Part shown: positions 30,276-42,900 of the stretch, piece after piece
How the letters are laid out: each line of letters begins with the position of its first letter
Numbering within the stretch: the stretch's first letter is position 1
Assembly (NCBI RefSeq): GCF_964204645.1
Contig: NC_134025.1
Coordinates: forward strand, 7,254,001-7,318,000
Origin: Tubulanus polymorphus
Lineage: Eukaryota; Animalia; Nemertea
Reading direction: 5' to 3'
DNA length: 64,000 nucleotides
Program-made: the position numbers and the translations under genes
The notes under the pieces: model-generated
Seen by the model: the letters and a program-made list of their open reading frames with translations, nothing else
What the model was told of the DNA's origin: nothing
Databases searched by the model: none

Positions 30276-31669
30276 CATGAAACATAAATGATTGAAAGAT
30301 TTGAATTTGTTGTCGATTCTTTAAGTTAACTAAAAAATCTTTGTGCAAAGTTTCTGTATTCCTGCCCAGTTTTGCAAAAAAAATTTAGATTTTTATGCAA
30401 CTTGCAGAAATACCACCCACGCCGCGAACCAAAGTTCACTTGGCACCGAGAATACTGGTTTGAATGAATAGAGTGCGCAACGCTAAATTATGCTAATTTT
30501 CAACATATTGTGTCATGTATTGTGCCTCTTATTGTAAAAAGAAATTATCAATTTAAGAATCATGCATTTAAAAAGATCTGTAAATAATTACATTCTGTAC
30601 AATTGTAAATAAAGATCTTTTTTTGTATCATAATTAAAAATTCAGTAGTTCGTGTATGTTGCATAGAGGATTAAACGAGGATAGCTCTTATTTGAACCGA
30701 GGACATCATGCGGCGCTGCCTGTGATGACGAAATTTCATAATTTTCTGGTGAATAGAAATAGTTGTAAAGGAAGAAACTTGACTGCTTTAACATATAGAT
30801 CACTGCTTTCTAAATCCTGATTCCAAAAACGTACAATCGTGTAGTTAGAACCAGTAGCCATTTTTCCACTGGCCTCTTGAAATTTCGTTCTAAGGTCGAA
30901 ATGGATCTGATCATATTTTCATTATATTATACTTATGAAGCTCCGGGATAAAAAGAAAAGTTAACCCATATTTTATGAGACATTAAGTACAGTAATTCTT
31001 ATTAGTCAGACATCAGACGTTTTTTAATCGTTTCATAATGTGAAGAAATTCCCGTTGTGAATTTGAAACGTTAGACGATAGTCGACAATGAAGCTAAGGT
31101 GTTTTATTTTACCAACGCGTCGGAGGTATTAATTTGCGAGCGGCTCGCAGCTTCCCGCGTAACGGATCCATCGCACTCTGCGTGTGTCTGCTGCATGATA
31201 GGGAGCTCGTCGCATATTTTTATTTTCCGCACTGAATCACATTTTTGATCTTCGAAAACAGGATATACGAGGGCGTTTTAGATTTACATATTCCGACAAC
31301 GTATCACAACTCTCGAAAGACTATATCGCAAGAGAGTTTTGATGTCCAGTGACACGTAAAATCAGCGCCTCGGGTTCGTCACTCACGGGACACCTTTTCA
31401 TTGTCAGTGAGAATCGTGGAGTAGAGAAACTACATAAAGATTTATAGTTCGCTGCCTTGTGCTTTAAGATTCGGTGAGCCTCAATTCATCGAATTAAAAC
31501 CACATACTCAACGTTCGTTCAAGCAAAAGACCCAAATAGAGCGATTATCGTTATGGAAATGTGAAATCTCGCAGTGTGGAATAAATAAGAGGAGAATCGT
31601 GGTAATACGTGCACTGTCCAGTTCATATATCTGCAAGTGAGGTACGATAGTCAGTCCTCAAAAGAAGAA

Positions 31670-34032
31670 ATGTTGTTAATACTGTGGATAGGACTGTTGT
31701 GCGCAATATCTTCAGTTTTTGCTGGGCCAATTGCCAGAAATCCAATTGGAGGGATTGTTTCGGTAAACGGAAGATGCGAACAGCCATGTGACCGAGCATC
31801 ATGCCCGAAAGTGATGTCTTGCATTGGGAACTCGTCGCCGATTCAAGACGCATGCAACTGTTGTTTGATATGTCCCTCGACCGAACAACAAATAGGTAAG
31901 ATTTCCCACATTTTTAAAACATAGAAATAGGCTTCAAATCAAGCTAATTATCACATAGCTAACGTCGTGTTTTTTTTTGTAACACAGAAAACTGTCATAC
32001 TCTTGATGGAAACTGTATCACATATGATTTAAACCTTTTATCTTATATCAAGTACATATAAAAAACCATGTATAAGCCTTCTAACTAAAGAAACTATACT
32101 ATGTCATATCACTTAGTATATATACACACATATATATTCAGATCACTCACAATGTTTTTTCAAACGTGTCTAAATGGTTTGCTAATGAATACCAGAAACG
32201 TGCCGATCGACTGTTCTGCAGTTTTCATTACGATATATCAGAGACGATATTTTTGGGAGTCGTCGTTCTGAGAAAAAAATTCTATTCAGATACAACATCA
32301 ACTTTTGTTCTCAACCCGGTACTAAGGTCGTAACATAAAGTCATAAATCTTCTTACGACGGCCATCGATTTCTTGATATAAAAGAACTGAAGATGAACTG
32401 ATGATCAAAGCAGACAGAAATCCGGGATAATGGGTTGCTGACATCACCCATCAAGAAATATGTATTGTAACCAAATGGAAAAAGTGCGTTAGGCATAAAT
32501 GCATAGTTTTCCCGAGGGATAAAAACTCTTAATTAGCGATTTTTTTTTATATTCACGATAAAATACTCTCGAGTTCATCTTGATAAAAGTTCTTTTTTCA
32601 TTTGTTTGCCTTTTTTCATTATTTCAAATTGAATTTGAACTTTTGCGTTTTGATATGTATGGGAAGGAGGGTTAACCAAAAATCTATCTACTCGCCATTT
32701 GGAAAAAAATAATCCGGGACCTGCTGGAAGTTTTGTTTGATTGAAATGTCGATTCCAATTTCAACCTAATCTTGATAAAAGAGATGACTTCGTATGATCT
32801 CGTATCTAGTGTCGGTATTCAAATAACACGCGAAATATAGTATTGCCTGAAATACAATAATCGACTTGTCGCATCGAATCAGTTTGACTACATCCTCCAT
32901 TACGAGATGGATTATTCCTCGAATGCTCGGTAAATATTACCGATAGTTAGGCATTTAGTGGTGTACTCCATAAGAGCGTGTCTCAAGTAATTATTTCATG
33001 CATAATACATATTAATTCATCAATCCCCGCATCTGCAGACTAGCGATAAATTCGTACATATATATCCCCTCACGCAAAGATACATCGCATTGAGTATAAA
33101 TGAAAATATAAATCTCATCTATTTTTGTATCGATATCCCGCAAAATGATACCAGTTCCCACGGGTTGTCGATAAGGTTTAAGTTCGCTGTATTCTCATTA
33201 GAATTAGATCATCCCATAAATGTAAATTCCCGCAGTTATTGTGGAATGGCGGTTTATTTAAAAATACTAAAAATATTTCAGGTGGTTCCTACCACCCTTC
33301 TTCGGTCTAAAACCTACATCCTCTTTTAGTTTATCCTATTTTTCAAGACCACATGATCAAAACTGACTGGCTCCACGTTTTTATTTGATATAGAATTACA
33401 TTTATGGGTTACAATCTGTTTTATATTCTTCACTTGTGTAAATGTAAATTTTTTTTAAAATTCCAGATCATGCATGTGAAGGCATTTCGTGTCCGAAAAG
33501 GAAAGTTTGCATGCTCAACATACAAGGTCTGCCTACATGCCGATGCCCGAGTATATTTTCATGCCCTAAAGGTGCAGCGATTGCCCGCGGTAAGAAAGCC
33601 GTCTGTGGAATGGACGGAATAACCTATAAAACCGCCTGCCATTTAGCTGTCAGCGAATGTGTTCATAACAAAAAGATACGGATTGATACTCCCGGACAAT
33701 GCCCCGTAGCGGACGTAGCTGTTTCGAAAAAGCAGTCGCAACGAATGCCCGTGAAAAGAAAGCGCGGTAAAGGCCGCAAAAAGGAATACAAGAAGAACCA
33801 TCACCGTGCGGACAAACCGTCAAAAGCCAATCGAGCAAAGTCACAACATCGAAAAAATCACGGCGCGCAACACCACAAGAAAAACAGCAAAAATAAATCA
33901 ACTAACAAAAAACAACAGAATCTCTTTCGTCGTCAAAAACGTATGAAACGAAAGCGCAAAAGACGCATGCGCCGCAGACTTTCGAGGGAGAGGCTTTTAA
34001 ACAGAAATATATCTAAATCATCGGATATATAA
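31670..34032 (+). CDS. Secreted cysteine-rich protein: partial IGFBP-N-like module, follistatin-N, Kazal domain, polybasic tail
   Basis: Exons 31670-31895 and 33467-34032 (phase 1). Signal peptide MLLILWIGLLCAISSVFA; CEQPCDRASC...DACNCCLIC; CEGISCPKGKVC...PTCRC; VCGMDGITYKTACHL...C...GQC; about 90 aa K/R/H-rich tail. Confidence 0.85.
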
Positions 34033-34137
34033 TGCCTAATTGAAAGGAATATTTCATTATTTACCCGCGAACAGTATAAGGCGTTATTAATCAAATGCTA
34101 GTCCGGCGGTATATATATATATATATTTGAAATTTCC

Positions 34138-34985
34138 TCACACGAAAATTACGACGATAAGTTTGGCGAAGATTGTCAGCGCGCTCAGCAACCAAAACAA
34201 CCACGTTATCGTTATAAACGTCTTTTTTATCCGTTCTTTTATTTTTCGTCGTCTGTGACGTTCCCGCCGTTTGTTGACCAGCTCGGCGCAGTCATCGTAC
34301 TTAAGCTGTAATAGTCGCAAACGATCTTGTAACGTCTCAATGGCCGACACGAGGCACTTGTCTGCCAATATTCTGGCGCCTATAGCTGCGTATTCCAAGT
34401 CTCGATTACCGTATTCCACTATCACTGGTATATTATTCACCGCCGAAATTTTCCTCTGTAAATATACGTTCCAAATTTAATAGGGAGACGATGAATTTTA
34501 AATTACCTAAATACATGATAAATTCGTCGTAAATTCGTATTTGTTTGCTCTGTCATACTCCTTCGATTGCGTCGGAGGAATAAAACTCCTTCGATTGCAT
34601 CGAAGTAATAATTTTAGTAAGCATTGTGACAGAACAGATAACCTAGCTAAGCTTACCCCAATCTGTGACATGTATTCAGTGATTGATAATTATCAAAATA
34701 AAATGTTATGTACCAAGTTCATTATATCATACTTGTAAATATGGAAAATAAAATACTATAGACAAGTAATTGATGTTTTCAATTTGTATACAATTTTCCG
34801 GTTTCCAATTTTCAGAATTGTCACAATTCATTCACTCGTATATTCGTGGAAATAAATCCGACTTTTCAGCTTTTATTATGATCTCCCTTTCCAATGAACC
34901 TTACCCTCCTTATGCTAACTTTGCGTTCTCTGCCCTTTGAACACTTTTGGTCTGTTTGAGTCTCCATTTGCTGCGATATCCCCAT
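34138..34985 (-). CDS. Putative small coiled-coil protein with C-terminal transmembrane anchor (2 exons)
   Basis: ATG at 34985, MGISQQ...SIRR|gtaagg, then atttacag|RKISAVNNIP...LQDRLRLLQLKYDD...FITITWLFWLLSALTIFAKLIVVIFV*. Phase-compatible splice sites; no homolog recognised. Confidence 0.5.
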
Positions 34986-37768
34986 TTCGTCGTAGAATTG
35001 TATTGACGGGTATTAGAAACCTCGACTTCGGCTGGTAAATTATTCGTTTGTTTACCGCGTCTTCGTTTGTGTGTGTGTGTAACTGGTTCACGTCAAAACT
35101 GGCAAATATTGATTCAGTCTTTCAGTGACAAACAAATTATTACTGTCAACAGAACATAATCCTGATGAATATGAACTCTATCTCACTCGCAGACATATTG
35201 GTGGTGTGATGCCATCGTCTCCGAGCGGTACTGAAGTCGAATATGCCTCGTACGTCATCAAACCGATCCTGCATTCAGAAACATCTGCACCTTTCCCAGG
35301 GACAGACACTGGTATTCTGTTATAATTTTAAGATAACGAACAAACGAGATAACCAGGCGCTGGGCGGATCCAAGGAAGGGTGCAGGGGTGCGCACCTCCC
35401 CCAAAATGTTAAGTTGCCCTGAAATTTCACAAGAAAATAGAAAATATTCTCCACGTCAGAATGTGGCGGCTGATTCGGGCCATGTAAAAAACTTACAAAA
35501 ATTGAAAATTTTTTTACAGACGCTTAAAGTCGTTTTATTGCGCAATAAAACGAAAATTACCACGGTAAAACGAGAAAAAGTCCCGAATCAGCCACCATAC
35601 TATCCCCGTAATTACGTGATTTTTAAAACGTCGTCCAAACCGAACAATTTGATACACATTTTTTATTCATTGAATCTAGAAAACTGAAGGCGGTGATGAT
35701 AAGAAAACAATAAATATTGCATATAAACATTACTTTGCAAGGAAAATCTTTGAATTCATATTCAAAGAATGAACTTTAGCTGAGAGAGTTGACACGGGCG
35801 TAAACACACGAATTTATTTGCGTTTGTTCTTTCCTTAACTTCATCTGAGCATTGTTTGCCCGAAAATAGCTTACGGCGACTAATTTTCTGACAGCTAAAG
35901 AAATTGATTGCTGTTCGTCAATAAAAGGTTATTAAATAACATCATTTGTTGCATAATTTGGCGTTATATGTTGTTTTTTTTAAATAAATGTGTTGTACGC
36001 GACGAATAAATATAAATCAAAAAGGTTAATGTCAATGATTTGTCTTTCAATTTTAAAGAATTACATTTTGAAAATGGTTAACATTAGACATGCATGTCGT
36101 GTTTGATGATCCCTGAATTAGTATGAGTACATCCACTTTGAATTGGTTCAACAAACATCCGTTTTATTTGACTCAACACGAGAATGTCATGAAATATCTT
36201 TGCTGACACGGGAGTGGGAGCCTACGAAGGTCAACAGTTACTTATTGTTGTCGTAATTCTCTAATGACTTCGTTATGAAATACCGAAGGCGTTCACCTGC
36301 TCCCATCTGAATTGACTTTGATACTCTACAGCCGGATATCCTTCAAAAGACCCCTTCAAAAACCACTTTGCAATAAAACGATTTGCTACAAGTTTCCGGA
36401 ATCAACAAGAAAATGATTGCCATGTCGAAATCTTTAATTTGTCAAATCCTAAAATATGAAATGTCATATCGGAAATTCTCCTCCCAATGATAAGTGAATA
36501 TGAATGAAATTTTCAAATTTTCTGAAATAAATTTCGCATGGAAAATAGAAATATGTCATGTTTAGATTGCGTTCGTTTTCAAGAGTGATTTAAGCAAGAC
36601 ATAGACAAGAAATTACCTAAAGGTGAAGGGGTATTGGTGACCTAAAGAAATGCCAATTTAGATGCCCACGATTTTGCCGACCGCTGATTGTATTTAAATG
36701 TCTCGCCACACCATGATAGTCACACCCAAGTGTGGCCGATTAGATTAGAATCAATCACGTGGGACATACTAATTGATCTATTTAGATTGTTTGAAAATCC
36801 CGGTTAATAACGGGGCGGTGGTCGAGCGAGCCGTCTAATTGAATCCCATGCAATTACGTGACGACAAAACAATATTTGGCCTGTTAATTGTATCTGTCTA
36901 AAATGTGTTTTCTAAAAGGTGTTCGTATACGCAATTGCTTCCTTATTGCATAGAAAAACATTTTGAAACCCAAAAAGACATTCACAAATTTATAAAACTG
37001 GTCACTGGAAAAAAGCCACACTCATATCTGGAGAATAGTTAATGAGATTGAAAACACTAGTTAGATTTAGATTAGAAATTAAAACTTATTTATCAAGGGA
37101 TGAAATCAAAATTTAAAGGTCATGACGGTTCGGAATCTCCACAGAGACCGTCGTCTTATCAAACTGGTCACGATTCGTCTTTGGTGTTGATTTAAAGGAT
37201 GAAATCAATGTTAGTGTCAAGTTAAAATCCCGCTATACCAAAGTCATAAAGAAGAAGGAGCTACAAAAATTCGGTGGTACAAAGTTTCGACTACAGAAAG
37301 AATAGGATACCCTACCAAAATGTTGAAGAATTAACAATTTTCCGTAAAGACAAAAAGCAGGAATGTAAATGAAGAAGGGCGATCGAGATCAGTCCTTATC
37401 ATGAATTTCGCCCCGAAAAATCATGTTTTTCAATTACTGTTTTCGTTGTGACAAACTAATTAGGTTTTTCTCTTTCGGTTCAACAATTTCCTTCCTCATG
37501 GGCCAGTATTACGTAATGGTGAATTTGTCCACGCGACACACGCGCCAATCCCGTTAGGGTCATCATGGAATGAATGGAGTCTGAAGACCAGACGGCCCTA
37601 ATTGGTAATTACATCGCATTAAGAAACGGCCCTGGCCGCCCAATCCATCTACACTTAATGCCCCGCCCACTTGATCTTCAAATGAATATATACGTCGACA
37701 TGAGGGGGCCAAGACAACAAATCGTATTACCAGCATCACACGTTCAGACTAGCTTTCTCAACTTCAAA

Positions 37769-38995
37769 ATGACATCGATGGATTTCTTGTTTATCTTCGA
37801 CAAAAAGATCAACTCGATCTGGGGCAATCACAGCAAAAGTAAAGCCGATCGATACGCCAACCTCGACTGTCTTATCATTGACTTACCGTTAAAAAGAGAT
37901 GCGTTGCCAAACTGGGCTGATTTCGACGAGAACGGAGTTTCAACAGATGTGGATAAATCTGACCGAATGCAGATGAAGTTACGTTCCGAACAACAACAGA
38001 AGCAAACGTCTGGATGGCAAATTCTTGATCCGACGATGCCTTTGCCACCAAAGTCTGGAAAAGGAAAACTCTTACTGCAACATATCTCGGAAATGGGTGA
38101 TTCAGATGACGATGAAGATTATTACGATGACGACGACAATGATGATGATCAAGACGTTGCTTCATCGCCGAGTAAAAGAGGCAGACATTTGTCAACAAGA
38201 TCTTCGGGATATTATTCATCAGAAGGATGCGCTGGACACTCCGATACAGACGATTTTGTACAAGTTAAACGACGTACCAGAAACCGACGCGCAATTCTTG
38301 GAAAGGGAAGATTGGTAAGCATATTCACGATGACTTATAGTCTTGGAATTCCGTAAGAACTCGAATTTGAAAAATAATGTCATTACGATATCTCATTCAT
38401 GTATTCTTTTTTCTTTTAGGAGTGCAAGTTTTGTAAGAAGAACGGTGAAACGAGAAAGATGTATCAATCACATAATCTAAAGACCGCGGAAGGTGTTGTA
38501 CTATGCCCTGTGCTACGCGCTTACGTATGTCCAATTTGCTCGGCAACTGGTAAGTTTTCACTTTTCTTATTGATCTCCTACACATCCTTTTAGAAAGTTT
38601 TAAAAGAAGTTGAAAATATTTACAATTGACATAGTGATTTCATTCTTGGCTTCCCATTTTCCGCCATTAATTGGTGAAACTTCAGGAGAAGACCCGAAAT
38701 TTTCATTCATTTTCATTTCCGATTGCTTTTTAGCCATAGACTGCAGTACTTAAATCAGATTTTTAGAATTACAAAAAAAATGTTAGCGTCCAAATTATTG
38801 ATTATTTTATCCGATATTTTTATTACGATATATTTATTTACAGGTGATAATTCACACACAGTGACCTATTGTCCGCGGAATACTGAGACAACAGGAACTA
38901 GCACGCGCCCATCGGTTTATTCGACTGGTCGTCACATAAGTAGCGGGGCTTCTAGAGTGTCTTCACAGTCATTTAATGTCGGAGTTTGGAAATGA
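37769..38995 (+). CDS. nanos: Nanos-family RNA-binding protein (two CCHC zinc fingers), 3 exons
   Basis: Exons 37769-38314, 38420-38549, 38844-38995 give [10 protein letters not shown]...YQSHNLK...[28 protein letters not shown], the nanos CCHC-CCHC pattern. Confidence 0.92.
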
Positions 38996-39982
38996 AGAAT
39001 GAAAGCTAAGAGAATTGAGTGCCTCAATTGACAATACGAATTGTGCTTTGCTATAGTGCTAGTAGCGCCGATTACGGTTGACCCGGTGCGAACTGTAAAA
39101 ATTCCTGAATTTAGCAAAACTGATTTGACTGAAAATTCGAAAATCTGAAGATTTGATTGAAAGATATACCTTAGTCGAATTGAGATATATCTAAAAAGAA
39201 TTGTGTGCGAGAAACTTATAATAATATAATGTTTCAAATATTTTGTAATAGGATTGAGCTTTCAGTGCAGTCGTAAACTTAGAATTCTTGGCGGAAAACT
39301 CTCGACTTGACATTCCATAATGGAATACATGTATTATGTTTTTTACAAAACGAACTGTGTGATTGTAAATAAGAAGACACTGAATTTGTGATACTGAGAT
39401 GCTTAGAGTTAAATTGTAATAAAATTTTATTTTGATATCTCTGGAAAACTTGTGATACTGATGTAACGTATATCATGTAATAAAATAAATATCGACCAAA
39501 AGCAATCTTCTTGTAGTCTCTTGTTTGCGAGGCAGGCCGCTCAAAAGATCATCTTCATCCGTCAAGGGATTCGGACTCACTTTACTAAAGCAGTTCCCCG
39601 AACAAGGTGTTCGGGAGCGATACCGGACCCCTGGCAAGCGAGGATGCTCAAAATATTATGAATAAAAAGAAATTGAATTATATTGAGTGTATGGCAGGCG
39701 AGTAAAGGATTTGTAGATGGCGCTAGGTGACGGTCTTGGATTTTATGAATTGACAGCTGAGCACAGACTTTGTACCAGCAGTGGGCTCCTAATGTCGCCG
39801 ATGCGTACTACCTGAATCTCTGTTGCGGATAGCGGTCATGTTGTACAACTTAGACCCGCTTTTAGTTTGTTATTTATTCGCTTCAACTATCGCAGTTGTC
39901 ATCAACTGGGTTGTCTTTTTCCGCTGGAGAAGCCAATACAAAAAGGTAACAAAACAGATCAATTAGTCAATCATTTATTCAG

Positions 39983-42900
39983 ATGCCATGTTTGTGTTGT
40001 CCCCTTCAAAACGAAACCGAATTTGACAATATGGTCACGATGGTTGAGGCAAAAATGACTTAACTAGAAAGGCATTGTAGTATACTGGTACCATGAAAAA
40101 GTTAGTGTCAATGCCTCCTGTTGCTGGTTCGGAATATCGTCACCTGTCCTGGTATTAAGGTCCTGGTAAAGGACATGTCTCTGAATAATCATCTGTCCTG
40201 ATGTGGTACATGATTTATGATGTAATCAGCTATTTCACTCATTTGATAAATCCCCCCCCATAATTACTGACCTAATCTTTGCTGGTCAGGTTTCATAATC
40301 AGATTAAATCGGGAAAATTATAGTCCGGTTACTGACTTAAGCCCCTCGGGCTCCAGGTTTTGTGAGTCTCCTTCTGAATATTTAAATGGATTCTAATGTC
40401 TGATCATTTATTTGTAGTTTTGTTAAAAATACAGAATTGCAGAAAACTCTATTTTTCAGGTCACCATCAATGAATTACTTGGCTATATCAGAGAAATTAA
40501 GGTAGACTTTAGCTGATATTGCTCATCAAATAATGGGCTTAAGCAAATGAATAATCAACAAATTATCTATATTCCAAAATTCCAAAATACATCATTCTTA
40601 GCCCTATCTGGATATACATTCCATCTACATATGGTTTTAAAACAATTTCCATTATTTTCTATTTATTCTTATATCAAATCCAGTTATTGGTTTATATTCA
40701 TTTTCAGCCCTTTCCAATTAGCCCCGATAAAGGCTGGTCTTTACATTCCTTCCAACATGGCAGCAGAGTTTGGAAACTGGAACTTGATAATTATTTGAAC
40801 AGTGGAACCAATTGCAAGCAAACAGTCTTTGCTTGCCACACCAAAATAGAAACACCAGCTCAGGTAAGTGACCTAAACTGATATATTATAATTTCATCCA
40901 ATGGAATCATAATGTTCTTAACTGGGACTAATTTTGTGATCTTTTATGTCCAATCTATGCAAGATTTTATGTTCTGAAATTGAATTTAATTAATTCATGT
41001 TGTCAGTCAGTCTAACACAAATAATTGGTAGTAGGCTACAGTAGACTCTGTCCTACTTGTTACCGTTTGACATGATAAACTGGCTGCGTCCTTGAAATTC
41101 CATAAAAATTTTCTGATCTTATGCATTCCTTTACTAAATTTATCACCTACTCTGTACGACCTCGGATTTTATGCTCAAATCCGTCTTCTGTCTTCCATCT
41201 TGAAATCTGTCTATATCTATCTCTTTGCAATAAGACTCTGAAATGGCTAGCAAAAGTAAAAAGAGAAAACTTGTGGCAAGGAAATTTGACGATAAACTGA
41301 AAATAACCAGTAAATGGACCAATTTCCATGATCAGCAAAATCAATGAAATCAAACTGAAAATAATCAGTAAATGGACCAATTCCCATGATCAGCAAATCA
41401 ATGAAATCAAACTGAAAATAATCAGTAAATGGACCAATTCCCATGATCAGCAAATCAATGAAATCAAACATTTTACTATGATTATTCCCCTTTCATACAG
41501 AAATTTCCCCGGTCGGTAGTCAGTTAACTCGGTAAGAAAAATTATGGTCCAAATAGAACCAAGTTAGATGGATTCTACTTAGGCCTATATCATAGATTTC
41601 TGATAATGGGTCTCTGTTCTAATGTATGATCCAACATAACATTTGAAATGCGAATGTTTGTTGTAATAAATTTTATACACATCTGTTACTCTTCATTCTG
41701 GTTAATTCTGTTTGATCGAATGTGATGACGATAATTTTTAGGCAAAATGGCTATGTAACAGCTGCACTAGTGACATTTACCGTGTTGACGTGTACCAGAA
41801 AATGATAATTGTCTTTATATCAAAAATAAGGTTATTAACATATCACCTCACGAAATTTTGATAATGTGTTATGCTAATGTAGGTCAGAGGTTGAATTGCA
41901 GTACTAATCATGCCATATAAGAGCTATATCATAAATCAGAATCTTCTAGGAATTTTGATCGAGTATGTAGAAAAATACAAGTAGCAAAAATCATTGTGGC
42001 TTTTGTCAGTGACTAGGCCCTTCTGTACCTTATGAAATGTTTTTCATTTCAACCATCTCAACCATGTGAACATTACAAGAAATGAATGAATGATAATATA
42101 AATGCATTATACTAGATTGAAATAGAAAATTCTGTTATATATTCTAGGTGGCGGCAAAAATGCTGTTGAATATTCGAAAAACGAAAGAATGGGATCCGGG
42201 TATAATAGAAATGAACCACATTGTAGCTGCAGTTGAGTCAAATGAAGCACCGCAGAGTACTCTCGGATATTTGACCCAGTGGGATATTGTATCCATCGTT
42301 CGCCAAGATGTACATTCCTGGAAAATGTTTCTCTCAAAACTGGTCAAACGTTTCATTGGAATTGAGTTACATTCCTATTCTTTACAACTATTCCAAAGGT
42401 ACAGTAACGTTGTAAACTTCTATGAATCAATAAGAATGATAAGAGCCATAGAATGTAACCTTTCGCATTCAAATCCAGGTGGATTTATAGAATTCTATGT
42501 AATTTTGTTGAATTAAGACGGCTTTTGCGTTTGATATTTTGATAATTTCCTGTGTTGCACGCTCAAATAGGTACTGGAACAAGGAAGAAAATGGATGTTG
42601 TTGGTTGATGAAATTAGACCTTCAAACTTCTGACTGGATGTTTTTCTTGATACAGCCTCTCGAGGGTCTTTTTGGTGAGACAGTAGGAGAAATTCAATAT
42701 CCACGTTAAAATAATTAGATTCATCGATTACCGGTAGGCCTAATTAACATTTAAAACCTATTTGAATTGTTATAATTTGATTTAAATCTTTTCAGAACCA
42801 GATCACAGTATATTAACCGTGATGTCACATTCCAATTCATGCAGCAGTCCTCAACCAGCCGTTTCAATATCATCATTTACCGATTATCTCAATATGACTA

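Noticed and set aside
37574-37768. In-frame 65-codon upstream extension of the nanos ORF
   Set aside because: It overlaps CCAAT and GC-box promoter-like sequence, and the ATG at 37769 has better context (TCAAAATG).
39625-39655. Minus-strand GCA-TCCTCGCT-TGC looks like the P3/L3 of an HDV-like ribozyme; nearby CCCTTGACGGATG resembles U6atac
   Set aside because: I could not form P1, P1.1 or P2 pairings, and the U6atac AAGGAGA box is absent.
41294-41469. Repeat array considered as CRISPR-like
   Set aside because: Contiguous tandem copies with no unique spacers, in a eukaryotic intron.
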